A DNA stretch of 64,000 bases from the IMG/VR virus record IMGVR_UViG_3300020185_004010, positions 8,764-72,763 of that record; one strand, 5' to 3'. The notes under the pieces are model-generated. The model was not told where the DNA came from. It did no database searches and was given only the letters and a program-made list of their open reading frames with translations. This stretch comes from a virus. Of this stretch, positions 62,092 to 64,000 are shown piece by piece. Position numbers and translations under genes: made by a program. Positions within the stretch are counted from its first letter, which is position 1. Every line of letters begins with the position of its first letter.

Positions 62092-62871
62092 TTGAAAAAA
62101 GTAAGGATAACTCATAGTTTAATAAAGAAATTAATAAAATCTGAAGAGATTTTAACGTTTTCCTACTTCGTCAAACTAAAGTACTTATATTCTAATTCAA
62201 CAATTTATAATTTTTCAATAAGAAAAGCCTCTAGATTAATAGGGGTTTCTCCTAATTCTATAAAATTTCATTTAAAAAAAATGGAAGAAATGGAAATAAT
62301 TAATATTGTAAAAAATAAATATGGGGGTGAGAATATTACATTTTCTTCTATTAAGAAAATTTCAAAAATTTACGGAGTAAACCACAACAGTAGGTGTGGT
62401 TCAATAATGTTTCGTAATTCTGAAAGTGTGCAAGATGTTAAAACTAGATTATATTCTAAGGTTTTAATTAACAATCTCAACAAACAGAGATATACTATCA
62501 AAGGTAAATCCAACTCGCTTATGCGGAAAAGAGACCAAATTAACAAATTAAGAAAAAGCGGGATTAGTCCAGAAGTCTTAAAACGGTCAATTGCGAGTGA
62601 AAGGATAAATTTTGATACTTTTATATGCTGTGAAACTATTGGTGAAATGTTAAATAAAACAAAAATGACAGGATACAACCAATTAATCAAAATGACTAAT
62701 ATGGGAATACTGTCTATAAAGAAGAAATATATGACAGTTTTAAAAAATTGTAAAAAAGAAGTTTTTGAAAACTTATGTAAAAATGGAGAGCTTATAAAAG
62801 GTAAGCATTATTACAGTAGGAAAGACTCTTCAATATTAAAGAATGTAGGATTTTCTATAGAAGTATTATAA
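62092..62871 (+). CDS. Basic DNA-binding protein with two putative winged helix-turn-helix motifs
   Basis: FSIRKASRLIGVSPNSIKFHLKKMEEMEII and CCETIGEMLNKTKMTGYNQLIKMTNMGIL. TTG start, antisense to the flanking virion genes. Confidence 0.6.
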   Translation: MKKVRITHSLIKKLIKSEEILTFSYFVKLKYLYSNSTIYNFSIRKASRLIGVSPNSIKFHLKKMEEMEIINIVKNKYGGENITFSSIKKISKIYGVNHNSRCGSIMFRNSESVQDVKTRLYSKVLINNLNKQRYTIKGKSNSLMRKRDQINKLRKSGISPEVLKRSIASERINFDTFICCETIGEMLNKTKMTGYNQLIKMTNMGILSIKKKYMTVLKNCKKEVFENLCKNGELIKGKHYYSRKDSSILKNVGFSIEVL

Positions 62872-62946
62872 TTTTTTTGACCTGTGCATATTATTTTACT
62901 AACATACGGCGGATTAATATACTAATAGTAAGTAATAGTGTATTTT

Positions 62947-63510
62947 TTATCTTGCATTGAATACGTCACTATTTACCTCGACAGCCATAACTGTTATTGA
63001 AAATAGTTTATCGCCACCCCAAGAGTGCTTGTTGTCTATGTTAGAACTTCCATCATCAGTTACTTCGTAGTAGTTTCCTTTATGATAAACATAATCACCC
63101 ATCCTTATTTCTGCATCCAACTCATCCAAGTGAGAAACATATATACTTGCGGTAAGTTTTCCAAACCCCTTTCTAATTAAACCGCCTGGCGATATATAAT
63201 TTGGAGACTGAGCTTCCACGTTTATTCTTCCAAAAACTTCAACTGGGTCTAAGTGCACTTTATTTTTAGATTCACCATACAGGTCGTGAGTTCTTGTTCT
63301 TTTATAGTCTATTCTATAAAGAATTAAAGATTCTTGTAATATTTCTTCAGTTATTTCTCTTCCTGAACTTTCAAAAAATCTTCGTTCCTTTTCACCAAAA
63401 AACTTTTTAATCCCTTTTTGTGAACTATCTAGCTCTTTTGCCTCAGCAGGTTTTTTTTCATTCCTATTAAGTAGCCTATCTCTATTGTTATTTCCTTTAT
63501 TTCTAGCCAT
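62947..63510 (-). CDS. Neck / head-closure protein (T4 gp14-like)
   Basis: LILYRID...HDLYGES...PVEVFGRI...ASIYVSHL...IRMGDYV...YYEV. Lies between the gp13-like and gp15-like genes. Confidence 0.75.
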   Translation of the reverse strand: MARNKGNNNRDRLLNRNEKKPAEAKELDSSQKGIKKFFGEKERRFFESSGREITEEILQESLILYRIDYKRTRTHDLYGESKNKVHLDPVEVFGRINVEAQSPNYISPGGLIRKGFGKLTASIYVSHLDELDAEIRMGDYVYHKGNYYEVTDDGSSNIDNKHSWGGDKLFSITVMAVEVNSDVFNAR

Positions 63511-63519
63511 AACAAATTA

Positions 63520-64000
63520 TTAACCTAAATAAATCGGAAGGGGACCGTAACTCAATGTTTTATTTACATATTCTTGCATCAATGCATTATTTTCAAGTAA
63601 AGCTTTATAATTTAACCTATCTAAAAGGTCTCTTAACTCTTCTTTTAATTTATCCATATCCGCCTTACCATTTGTTATCAAATCAGCGTGATTCATTGTC
63701 AATGAAGCGTCTGGTATAGGTAACTCACCTGAAAACTTACCTCTAATACCAATACCTAAAAGCTCTTTAGCATTTGCTTGAGCATATTTTTTAACCCAAG
63801 TTTTTGCAGGGTCGTTCAATTCATTATATCTTAAATTGTATAAAATAGCATCTGAAGGCCCCGAAACTAAACCATTACCTTGGTCTGGAAGCCCATCTAT
63901 AGGGTTAGTACTTCCTGAAAATCCTGGATTTGCGGTATTTCCACTAAAAGATTCATTACCACCTATTCCAATAGTGTCATAATAATAATAAAACATAGTA
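63520..64000 (-). CDS. Neck protein (T4 gp13-like), C-terminal part (start lies outside the window)
   Basis: WVKKYAQANAKELLGIGIRGKFSGELPIPDASLTMN...NGKADMDKLKEEL. The frame stays open to the window edge. Confidence 0.75.
   Translation of the reverse strand, partial: TMFYYYYDTIGIGGNESFSGNTANPGFSGSTNPIDGLPDQGNGLVSGPSDAILYNLRYNELNDPAKTWVKKYAQANAKELLGIGIRGKFSGELPIPDASLTMNHADLITNGKADMDKLKEELRDLLDRLNYKALLENNALMQEYVNKTLSYGPLPIYLG

Noticed and set aside
311-63996. Stop-codon reassignment as in Lak or some crAss-like phages
   Set aside because: Conserved genes are full length in the standard code and end in TGA (nrdA), TAG (terL) and TAA, with no fragmentation.
1-64000. tRNA or other structured RNA genes
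   Set aside because: Intergenic gaps are short (at most about 215 nt) and very AT-rich, and I saw no cloverleaf or T-loop (GTTCGA) context. tRNAscan/Infernal would be needed to exclude them formally.

Overview
This window is a 64-kb segment of a strongly AT-rich, large (probably jumbo) T4-like myophage genome in the standard genetic code, with almost all genes on the minus strand. Replication genes (class Ia nrdA/nrdB, DnaB/gp41-type helicase, 5'-3' exonuclease, RecA/UvsX, gp32-like SSB, a compact family A polymerase, RecD2, and a DnaE with a fused DEDDh exonuclease) are interleaved with virion genes (neck, tail terminator, sheath, tube, fibres/adhesins up to 2946 aa, TerL, portal, gp26-like hub assembly proteins, tape measure, baseplate, and a hub carrying GH19 and M15 cell-wall hydrolases). 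Several signs suggest a Bacteroidota host: TAnnTTTG promoters, A-rich translation starts without Shine-Dalgarno, an Hc1-like protein and a Flavobacterium-type adhesin domain. The most notable observations are: (1) a TATTTAT[A/T] motif, the reverse complement of the T4 late promoter, that follows gene orientation, sits upstream of at least 16 mostly virion genes and follows every clear terminator; (2) stand-alone degenerate pieces resembling three structural proteins known to trigger anti-phage immunity (terminase ATPase, major capsid, tail tube), which could be decoys; (3) two polymerase families in one phage; (4) about 29 copies of a 22-aa repeat in a baseplate protein. All family assignments come from motif recognition by eye, and no database searches were run.
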